64,000 bases of DNA from Schizochytrium sp. TIO01 (taxonomy: Eukaryota > Protista > Bigyra: Labyrinthulomycetes): assembly GCA_004764695.1 (NCBI GenBank), contig SMSO01000034.1:4588001-4652000 (forward strand), given 5' to 3'. How positions within the stretch are numbered: position 1 is the stretch's first letter; the number at the start of each line of letters is the position of its first letter. A program made the position numbers and the translations under genes. Below are positions 1 to 12,400 of the stretch, one piece after another. Under the pieces are notes generated by a model that worked only from the letters and a program-made list of their open reading frames with translations, had not been told where the DNA came from and did no database searches.

Positions 1-59
1 CATCAATGGAGGTGTTTTAGGCTGCAACTTGGTAAGAAGGTCTCCTCGTCGACCATGGC

Positions 60-520
60 GTGTTCACCTCAGTCGAAACATGATTTATCAGTCCCAAACG
101 TATCCCACTTTTATTCTCACCATAGGAACAAGGAACGAGAGAAGGTAACAAGGTTTCATATTGCACTATTCCTTGATTCACAATCCTAGCGTTGAGGAAT
201 TTTAGAGACTCGCCCCCTTCTTTTTGCTCGGCGGTAGGAACATGTTTTACGATTTTTATCAGTGTTGTCACACACTACGTGCATGGGGTACTGAAAGCCA
301 CCAACACTAGTAGCATCAAATGCAAGGAATGCGCAGAAAATTGTCAGCTGTGCACGAGCGAGGCGTTGCTCACAATGATATTCGATTGAATAACTTCGTC
401 ATTGTCGACGATAACTCGGTGTGAGTGTTTGATTTTAGCATGCCTATGGTTGAAGCAAGTGACTTGATTATTGCGTGTGAAAATGCAGCTTATGACATAG
501 TATTTACCTTTGTCAATTAA
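60..520 (+). pseudogene. Decayed protein-kinase-like pseudogene fragment
   Basis: Manual translation of 347-439 gives AVHERGVAHNDIRLNNFVIVDDNSV*VFDFS, i.e. an HxDxxxxN catalytic loop and a DF(S) motif, with in-frame TGA at 422-424. A hinge-like VVTHYVHG lies upstream in another frame. Multiple stops and frameshifts; 5' limit approximate. Confidence 0.5.
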
Positions 521-910
521 CAAGTTCAAACCGTAGGTGCCTCGGGCACGTGGTGCGTACAAACTTTCGAACGATTATGTGCAGTTTAATTCGATCATGT
601 GAAAAACATTCACCGTTGCAGAAGTTTTCGCATCCAGATTTGCTCTATCCAGTGGTCGCTGCTCTCATCTAGATGGCCACAGAATAGTATTGTAAACCAA
701 CCATAACTTTCTTGTTTAAATTGCACAATGATGGTAGATTGACTCAACAAGATGGACAGTTAATAAGAAATGTTCGTATGGAGCAAGAGGGGCTACTAAT
801 GTGCCAAAAGTAGAGCAGAAAAAACCATTTACAGACCTTGTAATGAAGTACATAACTAAGAATTGTTGTTTTACATGAGTTGTACATTTCTTTCAAGCTG
901 AGCTGGTGGA

Positions 911-3067
911 TCACTCAGAAGCTCCAGCACTAGGTTCTCGTGCCTGTGGTTCGTTTTCAGTTATCTCCCCACGTTGCTGGTCATCACCAGTGACTTGATC
1001 ATCGGGAATAGTTTGCTCGAGAGAATCTTCTACTTGTGCTCTGTTCTTCTTCTTCTTCTTCTTTTTCTTTATTTTGATTTCAGGCGGGGCATCTGCAACG
1101 GAGGGAGGAGTTTCTAGGTCACCACCGTTGACTTCTGCTTGGGTTTCCAGATCCTTAGTTTTCGTCTGGGCATCTTCATGAGAAGGAAGTGGTTCTGGAT
1201 TACCATCATTGTTGTCTAATAGTAGGTTCTCTGGATCTTGGTACTTTGAAGCTACCAATTGACCAATAATATTTGCACTGTCTTGCGAAGGCGTTGCATC
1301 ATCATGCTTTTCTGCGAGTATGGAGTTGAGAATCTCTTTGTTTCCTGATATAAGTGCTTCTGCATTCCCTGAAAGATCAATATAAGAGCTTTGGCCACTT
1401 GCTGAAGGCCCAATCATATCGTCGGTGTGCTCGGAAATAATTGTGGACCGCAAAATATCCTCACCACCACTGGGATCATCAGTGAGGTTCGAAAGGTCTG
1501 CAGAGATGAACGACAACGCTTCAAGATTATCACCCTTTGCTAAAGCGAGCATTGTACTTCGAACATTGGATTTATGGCGCGCTAGCCTTCGCCCTTCTTT
1601 GGTGTTTTCGTTCCCTCCCTCAGCTGGTGCCACTCGGCCGCGCTTTTCACTACGAGACTTCTTGTCGCCAACTTGGGACAGTTGTGATGTTACATGTTCT
1701 GAAAGCACTTTAGAACGGCTTGGATTGATTCGGGCCATCATGTTCTGCATATCTGTCATGTGCTTAAACTGCTTAAACTTATCAGTAGCATGCTCAATAA
1801 CATCCAAACCCACCATTTCTTCTAATGGGTTAACTCGAATACTGAATCCACAAAGAAGAAGGCCTTTGAGGTACAGATATGTCCAGAGCATGGACCATAC
1901 AAGAATAGAAATAGCACCTAGCAACTGTATTCCAAGTAGTTTGAAGTTAAGGCTATAAAACAATCCAGCGTAGGCAACTTCTGTGCCGCCACAGCGAGTT
2001 TCGTGAGCGAAAAAACCAATACCCACAGTCCCAACCATAGCAGAAACAAGATGGACAGGCAACACTCCAACTACGTCATCAATATTGAGCTTTGGCAAAA
2101 GCTCCATGGAGAATACAGCCGCGATCGCACCAACAGCGCCCAAAACAGCGGCCTCCCACGCGTTAATAACATGCGCACCGCCCGTCACAGCTACGAGTCC
2201 AGACAAAACAGCAACACCAATGGTTCCAGGTTTCATAACTTTAGATCTCCATAGTCCAAAGGCAGACCCGGCACTGCCACCAAAGCATACACCAAGGGTT
2301 GTAGTAAATGCAGCATGGGCAGCAACGATGTGGCCTCCATTTGTAAGTCCGAGAGAGCTACCAGCGTTAAATCCAATCCATCCGAAAAGTAAGAGCATAC
2401 TTCCGTAGAGTACATGCACAGACTCGCCTGCAAAAACCTTATGAGATAACTCAAGTTGTTTCTCAACACACTTCAATTCTTCAGGAATTGGGTAATTCAG
2501 TTTGCCCATTCGCGGGCCAAGCATAAAGCTGCATACAAGGGCTGAGGCACCACCAAGAAGGTGGACAACGCTAACTCCGGCAAGGTCGATATACCCAAGA
2601 GTGTTTAACCATCCTTGTGGGTGCCAGACCCAATGCGTAGCAACAGGATATGTAAAAAGGGTCATCCAAAAAGAAAGTCCAAAATAGACCCAGAGCTTCA
2701 TACGCTCTGCGCATGCACCACTATCAATGGTTGAAGCGGTAGCTGCAAAACTGAGCTGGAAAAACCAGGCAGCATAGTCTAAATATTCATCTGCAAAAAA
2801 TTGAGTGGTTCCAATAAATCCTCCAGCAGATTCTCCGTATGCGAAGCCCCATCCTAGCATCCAATATGCCATTCCACCTAACAACAGATCTGCAAGATTC
2901 TTCACCAAAATATTCACAGTGTTATTCAGACGTACACTGCCACTTTCTAGCAGTGCAAAGCCACCTTGCATGGTCAAGACCAGTACACCGCATGATATGA
3001 GCCATGATGTATCACCTGGATCTCGACCATATGCGCAAACCTCAGTATCTGTAATATTAGATGACAT
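911..3067 (-). CDS. amt: Ammonium transporter (Amt/Mep/Rh family) with long disordered C-terminal tail
   Basis: 718 aa intronless ORF with Amt motifs MQGGFALLESG, GACAER, DLAGVSVVHLLGG, FGWIGFNAGS, DDVVGVLPVH and EMVGLD. Many hydrophobic segments in the first ~430 aa. Confidence 0.95.
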   Translation of the reverse strand: MSSNITDTEVCAYGRDPGDTSWLISCGVLVLTMQGGFALLESGSVRLNNTVNILVKNLADLLLGGMAYWMLGWGFAYGESAGGFIGTTQFFADEYLDYAAWFFQLSFAATASTIDSGACAERMKLWVYFGLSFWMTLFTYPVATHWVWHPQGWLNTLGYIDLAGVSVVHLLGGASALVCSFMLGPRMGKLNYPIPEELKCVEKQLELSHKVFAGESVHVLYGSMLLLFGWIGFNAGSSLGLTNGGHIVAAHAAFTTTLGVCFGGSAGSAFGLWRSKVMKPGTIGVAVLSGLVAVTGGAHVINAWEAAVLGAVGAIAAVFSMELLPKLNIDDVVGVLPVHLVSAMVGTVGIGFFAHETRCGGTEVAYAGLFYSLNFKLLGIQLLGAISILVWSMLWTYLYLKGLLLCGFSIRVNPLEEMVGLDVIEHATDKFKQFKHMTDMQNMMARINPSRSKVLSEHVTSQLSQVGDKKSRSEKRGRVAPAEGGNENTKEGRRLARHKSNVRSTMLALAKGDNLEALSFISADLSNLTDDPSGGEDILRSTIISEHTDDMIGPSASGQSSYIDLSGNAEALISGNKEILNSILAEKHDDATPSQDSANIIGQLVASKYQDPENLLLDNNDGNPEPLPSHEDAQTKTKDLETQAEVNGGDLETPPSVADAPPEIKIKKKKKKKKNRAQVEDSLEQTIPDDQVTGDDQQRGEITENEPQAREPSAGASE

Positions 3068-6000
3068 TTAATTATAAGCACCAATGTGCTTTTTACTAAA
3101 CACTCTATTATGTGACTAGCATGTAGCAGGGTGACGTGCCTGCGTCTCCAAACAGGGTTTGCTTGATTGTTCTAATATTCTTCACTGGTAGAGGCCCCGT
3201 GTGCAGTTTCCAATTTAGCCTCTATTTTTTTTATCAATCTATCCCCACAGCTATTTCTCAACGGAGACAAATTCGGAAGGAGGAGGTCGTAATTGTGATC
3301 TTTGTCTCCATTCTGCACCATCCTTAATAGTGCAATAGAATTGGCTCAAAGTAGTGGTGACAACGAAATAGCACAAAAAGGAAGCGAAACTTGCAGATAG
3401 ATGGCTTTAAAATGGGAATATGTTTGTTACTCTCGTGAAAAGAGAAGACACCCACGTTTTATTATGCGAAACTAAAATGTGCCTTTCAATTGACAAATCT
3501 CCGTCGCCGTGTAAAAAACGGCGAACAGCTTCCTCCAGCACCTTCCCTTCACCACGAAGTCATTTATTTTCTTTTCTTCTTTTCTTTTTTTTGGGGGGGG
3601 GGTCCGGGACCCTTATTCACCAGCGTGCTTGAAGGAGTACTCGTAGATATCAAAGACCAGCCACCTAGGCAAAGGTTCCTCTAGCAACGTCCCTGCCTTA
3701 GTCTATCTCGGAGGAAGCACATTTTACACTTAGTCGAACGGATTTTTTCTGTTGGTCAGGATCTTGAAAAAATAGGAACCATTTCTGGAGATGAAAGCCG
3801 TGACATTAGTTTGGGCTAAGGCTTGCGTTACTCATGCTTATGTGAGGGTCCAAAGTCCCTTTAAAAAGACATGGAGCTCACAGCACTAAGATACATTATT
3901 TACTTTATTTTAACACGTATGATATTTAGACCCCCAAAATAATTGCTACACTCGAATGATTTGGATGCTGTTCCGTTGAGCTGTTCCAGCTGGTTCGTCG
4001 CATACATGCAAAACATGATACTGATGATACTTAAACAATCATTTTTGAGTACGCCACAACAGACCACTTGAAAGCTAATATTCAATGTGACATGAAAGTA
4101 GTGAGACTGCTCTCGAAACCTGTTCTCTTGAAAAGAAGTTTGTCCGTTACATCAATTCGGATTGCCCTTCTTGACACATTGGTACTTTGAGTCATAGACG
4201 CATGCTACATGGCTGTAGAAAGGTTATAAAAAGAACGAGCAGTGCTTGCGATCACCTGGAGCGCACTTAGAGTGTCAAAAAAGCTAGCAGGAAAGCAAGC
4301 AGCTCGCAAAAGTTCGATACCAACTGCCATTTTTACAATGATTTTTTTTTTTTTCAATTGTAAAAGCCACACTCGATTTAGCTCCAAAAGAAGTAAGATT
4401 AACCCTTTTCAATACGTAGGGCACGCTTCTATCTCTAAAGTTACGACTTCAGCGATGTTCAAATCTGTGGGAGATTGTTTTCTTATTCCAAGTTGTTGTC
4501 ACGGCTTCTTCATTTTGATTGACTGTTTTGGTTTCCTTTTCGTTTTTCCTTCGCTTGCTTTTCTCCTTCAACCTTTTTTCCGCAAGGGGGCATGGACAGC
4601 AGCAGGGAGGACAAGAGGAATTGACACGTAGAAAGTATTACATGTGCAATCGCGAATGATGTGAGTGCTTTCGTTTTAGGCGTCCTTGCTCTCCCCGGCA
4701 ATGTCTCACATTTTCTAAATATTTGAAAAAAGAAAGAAAAAGAAAGACCAAGAGGCAAAATATCTTGCTTGCTTTAAAACTATGCTTTGATGCGTTTAAA
4801 ACATAGCCTCAATTAAATGAATGAGCATTCTACGTAGTGCAAGCTAGCATAATGTTCTAGGTTCCAGGTCTCGAGCCGTTACTCTCTTCTTACTAAGTAA
4901 TTATGCTCGATTGAAAAAAACACGATTTGGACATGGATATGTTGGTTGATGCGTGATTCAAAGATTGTACAAGGCTACTGATAGTCTGTTGGGTATAGAG
5001 CCTATGGTGTTTCGAGCTTACAATCAAAGTATCTATAGCCTGTCAAATCAAGGAACGCGGTACTACAAAAATTAAAAAAGTTGACACTTAATGTGCTTGC
5101 CAGTGGAAGAGAAAACCAAATGGGCCATGGGTTGGCCGTGCTAAAAGTCCACCAAAAACTTAAAAAAAAAGACTAGGGAGTCGTTTCATTCAATTTTTAA
5201 TCTCATCTGATATATGGCCCTTCATAAAAGAGAATACATCGCGGAGGGCAGCACTGATAAGAAAGAAACCAGTATCAACGCTCAACATGTATATTTAGTT
5301 ACATGACTCGGAGATGAAAAACCTCAAGCCATTGCATAAATATTTGGAGTGATAAATGGGTCTTCTGTACATTCCCATGAAACGTCTTGCGATAGTTTAG
5401 AAAGTGACTGATCGACAAAAATGCCAACTGTGACATACATCACTTCAACACCTCTACTCTGTAGTCCAGGTTAGTGCTCGCAAAAAGGGGTAGCTTTGCA
5501 GTTTGTTTCTAACACTGAAAACCCATACCACATGTTTCCGAAAGAGTCCGTTTACGCTTCATTTATTCGCGCAAACATATTTTTGCTAATTGACTTTTAC
5601 TTGTGATCACCTTATTATTATACTTGCGCTCCAAATCCTTTCCACCAAACAGCTTTCACCTTGTGGGACATAACCGGCCTATATAGTTTCGTAGGACCTT
5701 GTCACTCAATAATAGAATCTTTGACATCTCATTGCAAAATTTTCAATATCACAAGAGCACCCATCTCCGATGTTTTCCTGCCCTTGCGCGTATGCCACCT
5801 TCATCTTCAATCACACGATACCATTCAACGGACCTTTTACTTGACCCCTCTTTACAACTTCAACTTAGCATTATATCTTTCCGCACAATAATCATCGTTA
5901 TTAGTAGTAATGATAAGAATGCAATTTCGTTCTGTTCCGTTCCTTTGCGCACGCGCTTCTTTCAACATGTTGATTGCACCTCCTGGGGTTTATGAATCAT

Positions 6001-7375
6001 GAATAAAATTGTGCAACAAGAACCGTAGAGAGAGGGCCAGGCTGCACATTCCTGAGGTGTTCTGGGCATATCCCGGAGGAAGGGTGGCCAGGAACGAAGT
6101 ATCCCGTGATGCATGGGCCAGCTGCGGCCTAGCTTGTGCCGGCAACGAGACGCTTTCTGCCGAGTTCCTCTCGTTGATACTAACTCTTTGACCCTTTTCC
6201 ATTACATTTTATTTCTTTTCATTTCCTATCTCTTTCCATAGTAATCATGGATCATAGCATTGTTCATGATTGTGCTTAAATAGACAACTGTGAAATAAAC
6301 ACATAGCAATTTTATAGAAGTAACTAAAAAATAAATAGACGGTAGGGTGGCAGAATATTACATTACCTGCAATTGAGATATATATCTTCAGTTCTCTCGC
6401 TCTGAAAGTCGGAGGTTTCTTTCCAAATTCAATTCTGCAAAGCACGGCTCGGAGAAACACCATGCCGACGGCCAGAAGAACCTTGGAGAAAGTCCAGTGA
6501 TTGCGGAGAACTCTGCCACATAGTAAACAATGGTTGGTTAATGACGTTTTGTCGAGAAACCACAATCGCAAATACCTTGTATTATGATGTGGCAACGTGA
6601 AAGAATGGAGACAGAAATGACATAGTTAGTTATACCCATTAAACGTCGTATTAGAGATCGCTGGAACGGTGTGGATTAGATGTACGTACATGAGTTGGAA
6701 ACCAGACTTTGTGATTTCTTCGAACAAATTGCACATGCAATGAATTGCTTAGGCTAACCTAGTAAATAGTGTAGCACTGATAAATTTATTCTTTAAATTA
6801 AAAAAAGAGTTTTGGAAACACTTTTGTATGTGTAAAAACATTTGGCCAAGTACACCGTGGCATCGCTGCTTTCGAAGAGGGCTGTTCAGACCGAAGACCT
6901 GCCAAATGCTTCTCCGCTTAGTTTCGAAGCATTCCCGTTTGAGAATGAAGATGACGATGATATAAGAAGGATGATGATCATGAGGGCATTTCACAACTAA
7001 TTTATTCACTCCTTCGCTGTTCAGTGTGTTAAACATTTCGATTGTTCTTTATTCTGGTGTAATATTTTAGTTTAAATTGGGTCCTTTTACTTACTAGTGA
7101 AAGCTCTACTATTTGTTGACTTTAGTTCACTATAGTTCATGATTTATAACTCACTTATTCAATAAATCCCACTTTTAATTTTTACTTTTCATTGAGCCGT
7201 AAACTTATTTACTTTGATTGTTTATTTATTCATTCATTCATTCACGCATTGCTATTTTGCTCGAAAGCAATCGCACGCGCCACGGGGCAGAGGCGGCTCC
7301 GCAGCAGCAGCAGCAGGAGCAGCAGAGCGGCGCTGAGGCCGTCGGAAGGTAGCTCGGGAACACAGCAAAGCTACC

Positions 7376-8799
7376 ATGCATCGTCGCCTGAATGGCTTCG
7401 AGCGGCCGTTCACCAACGACCAGATGCTCTCCTGGGTCTGCGAACCCGTGGCCGCCGTCATCTTCTATCTAATCGTCTCTCCGTTCGCCTTCGACGAGGT
7501 CCGCATTGCTCTCCTCACGGTGCACTCGGTGCTTCTGGCGGCACACGTGGCGTGCTGGCTGTACTGCAGCTTGACGGACCCTGGTGTGGATGTAAGTTTG
7601 GGTCTTGGGCTGAGACTCACGAGGCCATGAACGTGTACTTTTATTTGCGCTGGTTGGTGCTTGCTCCTAGTTTTATACTGAGTTTTATGCTTGCTGGGAT
7701 CATGTTTCATGACATGATGATATTTTTGGGCTTGGTATAAATGCTGAGTTTGTTAGCGTTCACAATCTGATTGCCAGCATTGCAATCTGTCTGTTTTACG
7801 AGGCTTGTGTGACATGGCTCTGAAATCAGTCAAGTCATTCTTCAATTTATAGAAGGCGAGGTTTCTGCAAATAAGATGAGGCTTGAATTCATGGAACAAA
7901 ATAGGAAATCAAGTTAAAGTTTGGCAAAGGCAAGCACCAACATAAGACTATAGTAGTGTGACAAAGATGACTGACGTTGACTGATTTATTGTCTCATGGC
8001 TAACCAATTTGAATTTCTTTGCGCGGGCGGTGTGGGGGGTAAAATATTATATTCTTTAGAGTGGATGCCCGTGGCCATGTATGGCAGAATCTCAAAAGGA
8101 GGTGAGGTACTGCTCTGTGTGTAATAAACAGGTCCCTGGCCTTGACCACCATTGCACGTGTAAGTTTTATGTCCAAAATATTGTTTGTTTGTTTGTTTTT
8201 GTAGAGACCCCAAGCCAGCACAAGGATAATTTACTCTCGAGAAACTGGAGGACTGATATGTACATTGTTTTCTGTTTACAAATCACCTTATCACTACTAT
8301 TTTGGTCATGTGGGGTGGTGCGAAACATTCATTCACTTGCATTTAAATAACAGGGTTAAACACGTGCATTGGAAAGAGGCAATACCCAGCCTTCTTTGCG
8401 CTTGTAACCATCGGAACCTTTATGTTTTGGTTTGAAGCCGTTATGTTTATTTGCCTTCTGACCGTATGGCGCACACCTGAAACTGAGGCCAAGGCGGTGG
8501 AGATTCTAGGATCCTTGGTCACCTACAAAGTCCTCTTGTCGCTCGCCACGTGTTTTGCAGCTGGCTTAGCATGTTCACTTTCTATCCTCTTTGTCTTTCA
8601 CATGTTTTTACAGTTCACAGGGAAAGGAACCTATGCGTGGATGATCTCCAATCGGGAAAAGAAGGTCGAAAAGGCAAAACGCGAAAAGGCCCTTGCTAGA
8701 GAACAAGAAATGACAAAAGCCAAGACAACTCAAGAAACAAATGGATTGGCGAAGGTTTCATCTGATTCTTTGTCTTCTCGCGAAATTGCACATGTCTAA
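7376..8799 (+). CDS. DHHC palmitoyltransferase, 3 exons (7376-7591, 8060-8159, 8354-8799), 253 aa
   Basis: GTAAGT donors at 7592 and 8160; AG acceptors end at 8059 and 8353. Splicing restores ...TDPGVD-SGCPWPC...RYCSVCNKQVPGLDHHCT-WLNTCIGKRQYPAFF in frame (762 nt). RRLNGF N-terminus and four TM segments. Confidence 0.9.
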
Positions 8800-9460
8800 A
8801 CTATTTGATTCTTGATAACATAAATCCTACACCGGATTACATCAAATGAACACAATCACACACGCCCTGGCCTTTTCATATTCGCTCCGGGTGCAAATGC
8901 CTTTCCAAGTGCCAATCAGTTTCGTTTTTGCTGCGTGAATGAGCATTTTTCTCTCAGCTCTTACGCCTGGCACTTGGCCTTTTTCTTAAGCGTCACGCAA
9001 CAACTTGAAAACCTTAAAGCCATCTCGCTCATCCATTTGCCTTTTCCTTTTCAGTGCAATCATAGTAGAGGGAACCATTTATTGTATTAGCACAATTATG
9101 CAGCCTTTATTTTTCTTTTTGTTTCTCATGCCGAGTTGTTCTTCAAATGGCTAGTTTGGGATGGATCGTACTGTTATGCGCGATAACTTCCTTCACAATT
9201 CGTATCCAAAAAAAAAAAAAAATCTGTCTTATTTGCGTCTCCTTTCAAGAAATAAATTAACTAAATCGAAAAGGAGGGAGTAACGTGACTCCATTTAGAT
9301 TACTGATAGAATGTTGTAATGTGCACTTCAAAGTGTTCTGTGACCACTCGCCAACGTAGAACTTTAGTTCTACAAGCATATGATAGTTATTTTCTCTATT
9401 GTGCTCTTGAAACAAGACTCAAAAGGATGACTTTTTGCAAGGTAATACTCTAATTAATGT

Positions 9461-12400
9461 TTAAGAGGATACAATGTTCCACTGCATCACAGTTCGATCA
9501 TTTCCACCGGTAGAAACAAGGGTGTCCAAGCTCACAAACGCAACGTTTGTTACATGAGAAGCATGGCCTGAGCCAATCGCAAATTGAGCTTTACCCTTCA
9601 TATCTTCTGGAAAGGGGAATGGGAAAAGTCTAACTTCGCCAAAATCATCACTAGTTGCTAGCAAGGCAGGTGCTGCAGGGTCAGAGCTTACTAAGCGACA
9701 GCAAGCATTGATATCAGTTCCGTCTGCTTCTGCTTGCCAAATACCTTCAGTTTCCCAGGTGAGTGGACAATTTGTGGTAGCCCACTCTGTATCCTTGAGA
9801 TCGCTCGCGAAGGTGTGTTGCTTCTGGGTGACCAAACTGTAGAATAAAAGCTCATACGAAGCATCCGAGGTACGAATATACTCGGACGTTTTGGAAAAAT
9901 CAATATGCGTGACCGTTGATGTAGAGGCCGAAAAGGCAAACTTCTTGCTGAGGTCTGAAGCAGACATGATATAAACCTTTGAATCGCTTGATCCAGCTGC
10001 GAGGTACTTTCCATTTGGACTGAACTCCAGGCAGCTAATGTATGGCGGGCGAGACTTGTTCGTTTGTGCAGATTTCTTTTTCTTACCCTTAACTGCTGTC
10101 TGAATATGCTTTAGAGAATCTGCATCAAAGAGCATGACTTTATTCTCTGCGAGGCCTACAGCAAGAAAACGACCGTCCGAAGACCATGCAAGAGTTCGCG
10201 AAACAGCAGGCAATGTGTACTGAGCGTGTTGTGTACGGCCTTTCGCATCCCAAATACGTAAAATTTTGTCGTCACCTGCAGTAGCGATTCTATTGGATGA
10301 GGGGTGGGCCGCGAGTCCCCAAAGCTCGCCCTGAAAATGACCTGTAACAATATTTGCTTCAGATTTACGATCGATGATGACTCCACTGGCCAATGCAACA
10401 TGATTTTTAAGCACTGCTCGAACTGGGTGTTCAAACTTGGCTCCGCTACCCTCCTGAACTAATTTATCGTTTTTGACTGTCCAACTGACTAGCGTACCAT
10501 CGTGATGACCGCTATAAAGTAGACTCGAGGAGCCGTCGAACCACAATGAAGCTACAGGCGTCTTCATATTTACACTATCGACACATTTAAGGTCGGGAGA
10601 CCAAAGCTGGACCTTTCCTTCTGAGGTACCTGTGGCTACGTAGCCCTGTGCTAGACGAACTGCAGATTTGACAGCAGATGGTATGCCTCCACCTATTTCG
10701 CCAAAGCTCATGCGCTTGCTCTTGAGAGACTTATCCAGAGAAACAAGGTACTTGGCTCCACCAGTAATGAATTGTTTTCCATTGTGTGTGACACAGAAGC
10801 AGTCCGACTTTTCGCCCTTACGATCAAGCTTCTTTTTACCAGTATGAGCATCAAATAAAATAAGAGTGTGACTGTCATCACCACCTACTGTCAGGACCTC
10901 AGATCCGTCCTCAGAAAATTGGACACGAGTCACTTGGCGACTCAGCTTGGAATCCTCAAGCTTACAGATTAAGCTTCCTGTTCGCGCATCCCAAACGCAA
11001 GCGAAGGGTTTCTTGCCCATTTGCCCTGTAACAACCTTTTCGCCTCGTACATCCATGTCCATGCATATAATGTCGTCTGTGTGACCGGAGAAAAAAGTTT
11101 GAGAATGCTTTCCGCAGTCGTAAATAATGCCAAGTGCTGCAGCAAAATAAACAAGCTGACCTGATGAATTGGAAAAGACTGCGTCACGAGCTGATGAATT
11201 GAAGCCATAGACCCAGCCCAATTCTAGCTTATGCTCCAGAGGAGGTACGCGCGGAATTTTGCTCGGCGCCTTAATGGCGCCCTTCCAAGGTTTTATTGCA
11301 AGAAACTCATCGCCTTCGTCAAGCAAATCAAGGTTTAAGGAAAGAGAACCTCGAGTAGTCCGCCGTTGCACCGGTGCGAATTCATTCACACGGTGATGAG
11401 TTTTAGGAGCTGGGTGTGACGCTAGGGCTTTTGAGGCCTTGGAAAAAAGTTTATCAAGGTCCGGGCCATTGTACGGGTGACGAGTTGACTTCTTTAGCAG
11501 CTCTTCCGGCTTCAGAACTTCTCCATCAAAACTCTGTAGAATCTTTCCATAGATAAGAAGTACACTCATCATGCGTGCTTGTTCCTCGCGAATACTGTCC
11601 AATTCAGCACGAAGATCTTCATTTTCATTTCGGAGGAGCTTACTTGCCGTAACCAAGCCCTCCAACAGGTCACGTTGGGCGTTAGGTGCGTCTTTGTAGC
11701 TATCCATGCTATGCCCAGGCAATGCTTCGTCGCCAGACCCGAAATCTTCGATAACATTGGGGCCCGTGAAGAAGGACTCATCACCAACACCCGCTGTACC
11801 GTAACTCTGGATGTATGCATTTTGGTGCTCTACTAAATTATCAAGCTCGGATCTATCCATTGTACTGTCGACTCCACTAAAAACATCAAACTCGGCTTTG
11901 TTTGGGGCAATACCGACTTTGGCAAGCCGGTCTTTCCACGTCTGCCATGTAATACCATCTTCCATAGAGTCTTTAAACATATTTGCAAGCTGCTTTAAAG
12001 ATACTCCGGCACGAGAAGCCCGCTCACAAAGTTGAGCCTTGTATTCTTCGAATTTCAACCAGTTTTGAACTTGGCTTGTGCTAGGGACAACACTAATAGT
12101 GTCATAATCGAAAGTGACGTGTTCTCCATTCTGTTCTTCCTCCTCAGCAATAAGCTCCCCATCTTCAAGAGCGATTGGTTTGTCAGAGTATACTTGCACT
12201 GCATATTTTCCAATGCTGCCAGGATTGAGTGTGCTGGGGACGATGACATATTCGCCTGCATCAAGCGTAAGGTCCACATCAATACTTAGATGTCGTTTGT
12301 AGGGCGGTTGTTCAACTGAAGGCTGTGAATTAGGGATAACATCAGGAGGGCGTCCACCTTGGTCTTTGGCAGACAATACACGAAAACTTAGAGGAAACTG

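Noticed and set aside
7192-7740. 182 aa ORF overlapping DHHC exon 1
   Set aside because: Alternative frame of a GC-rich exon; the spliced DHHC frame explains the region.
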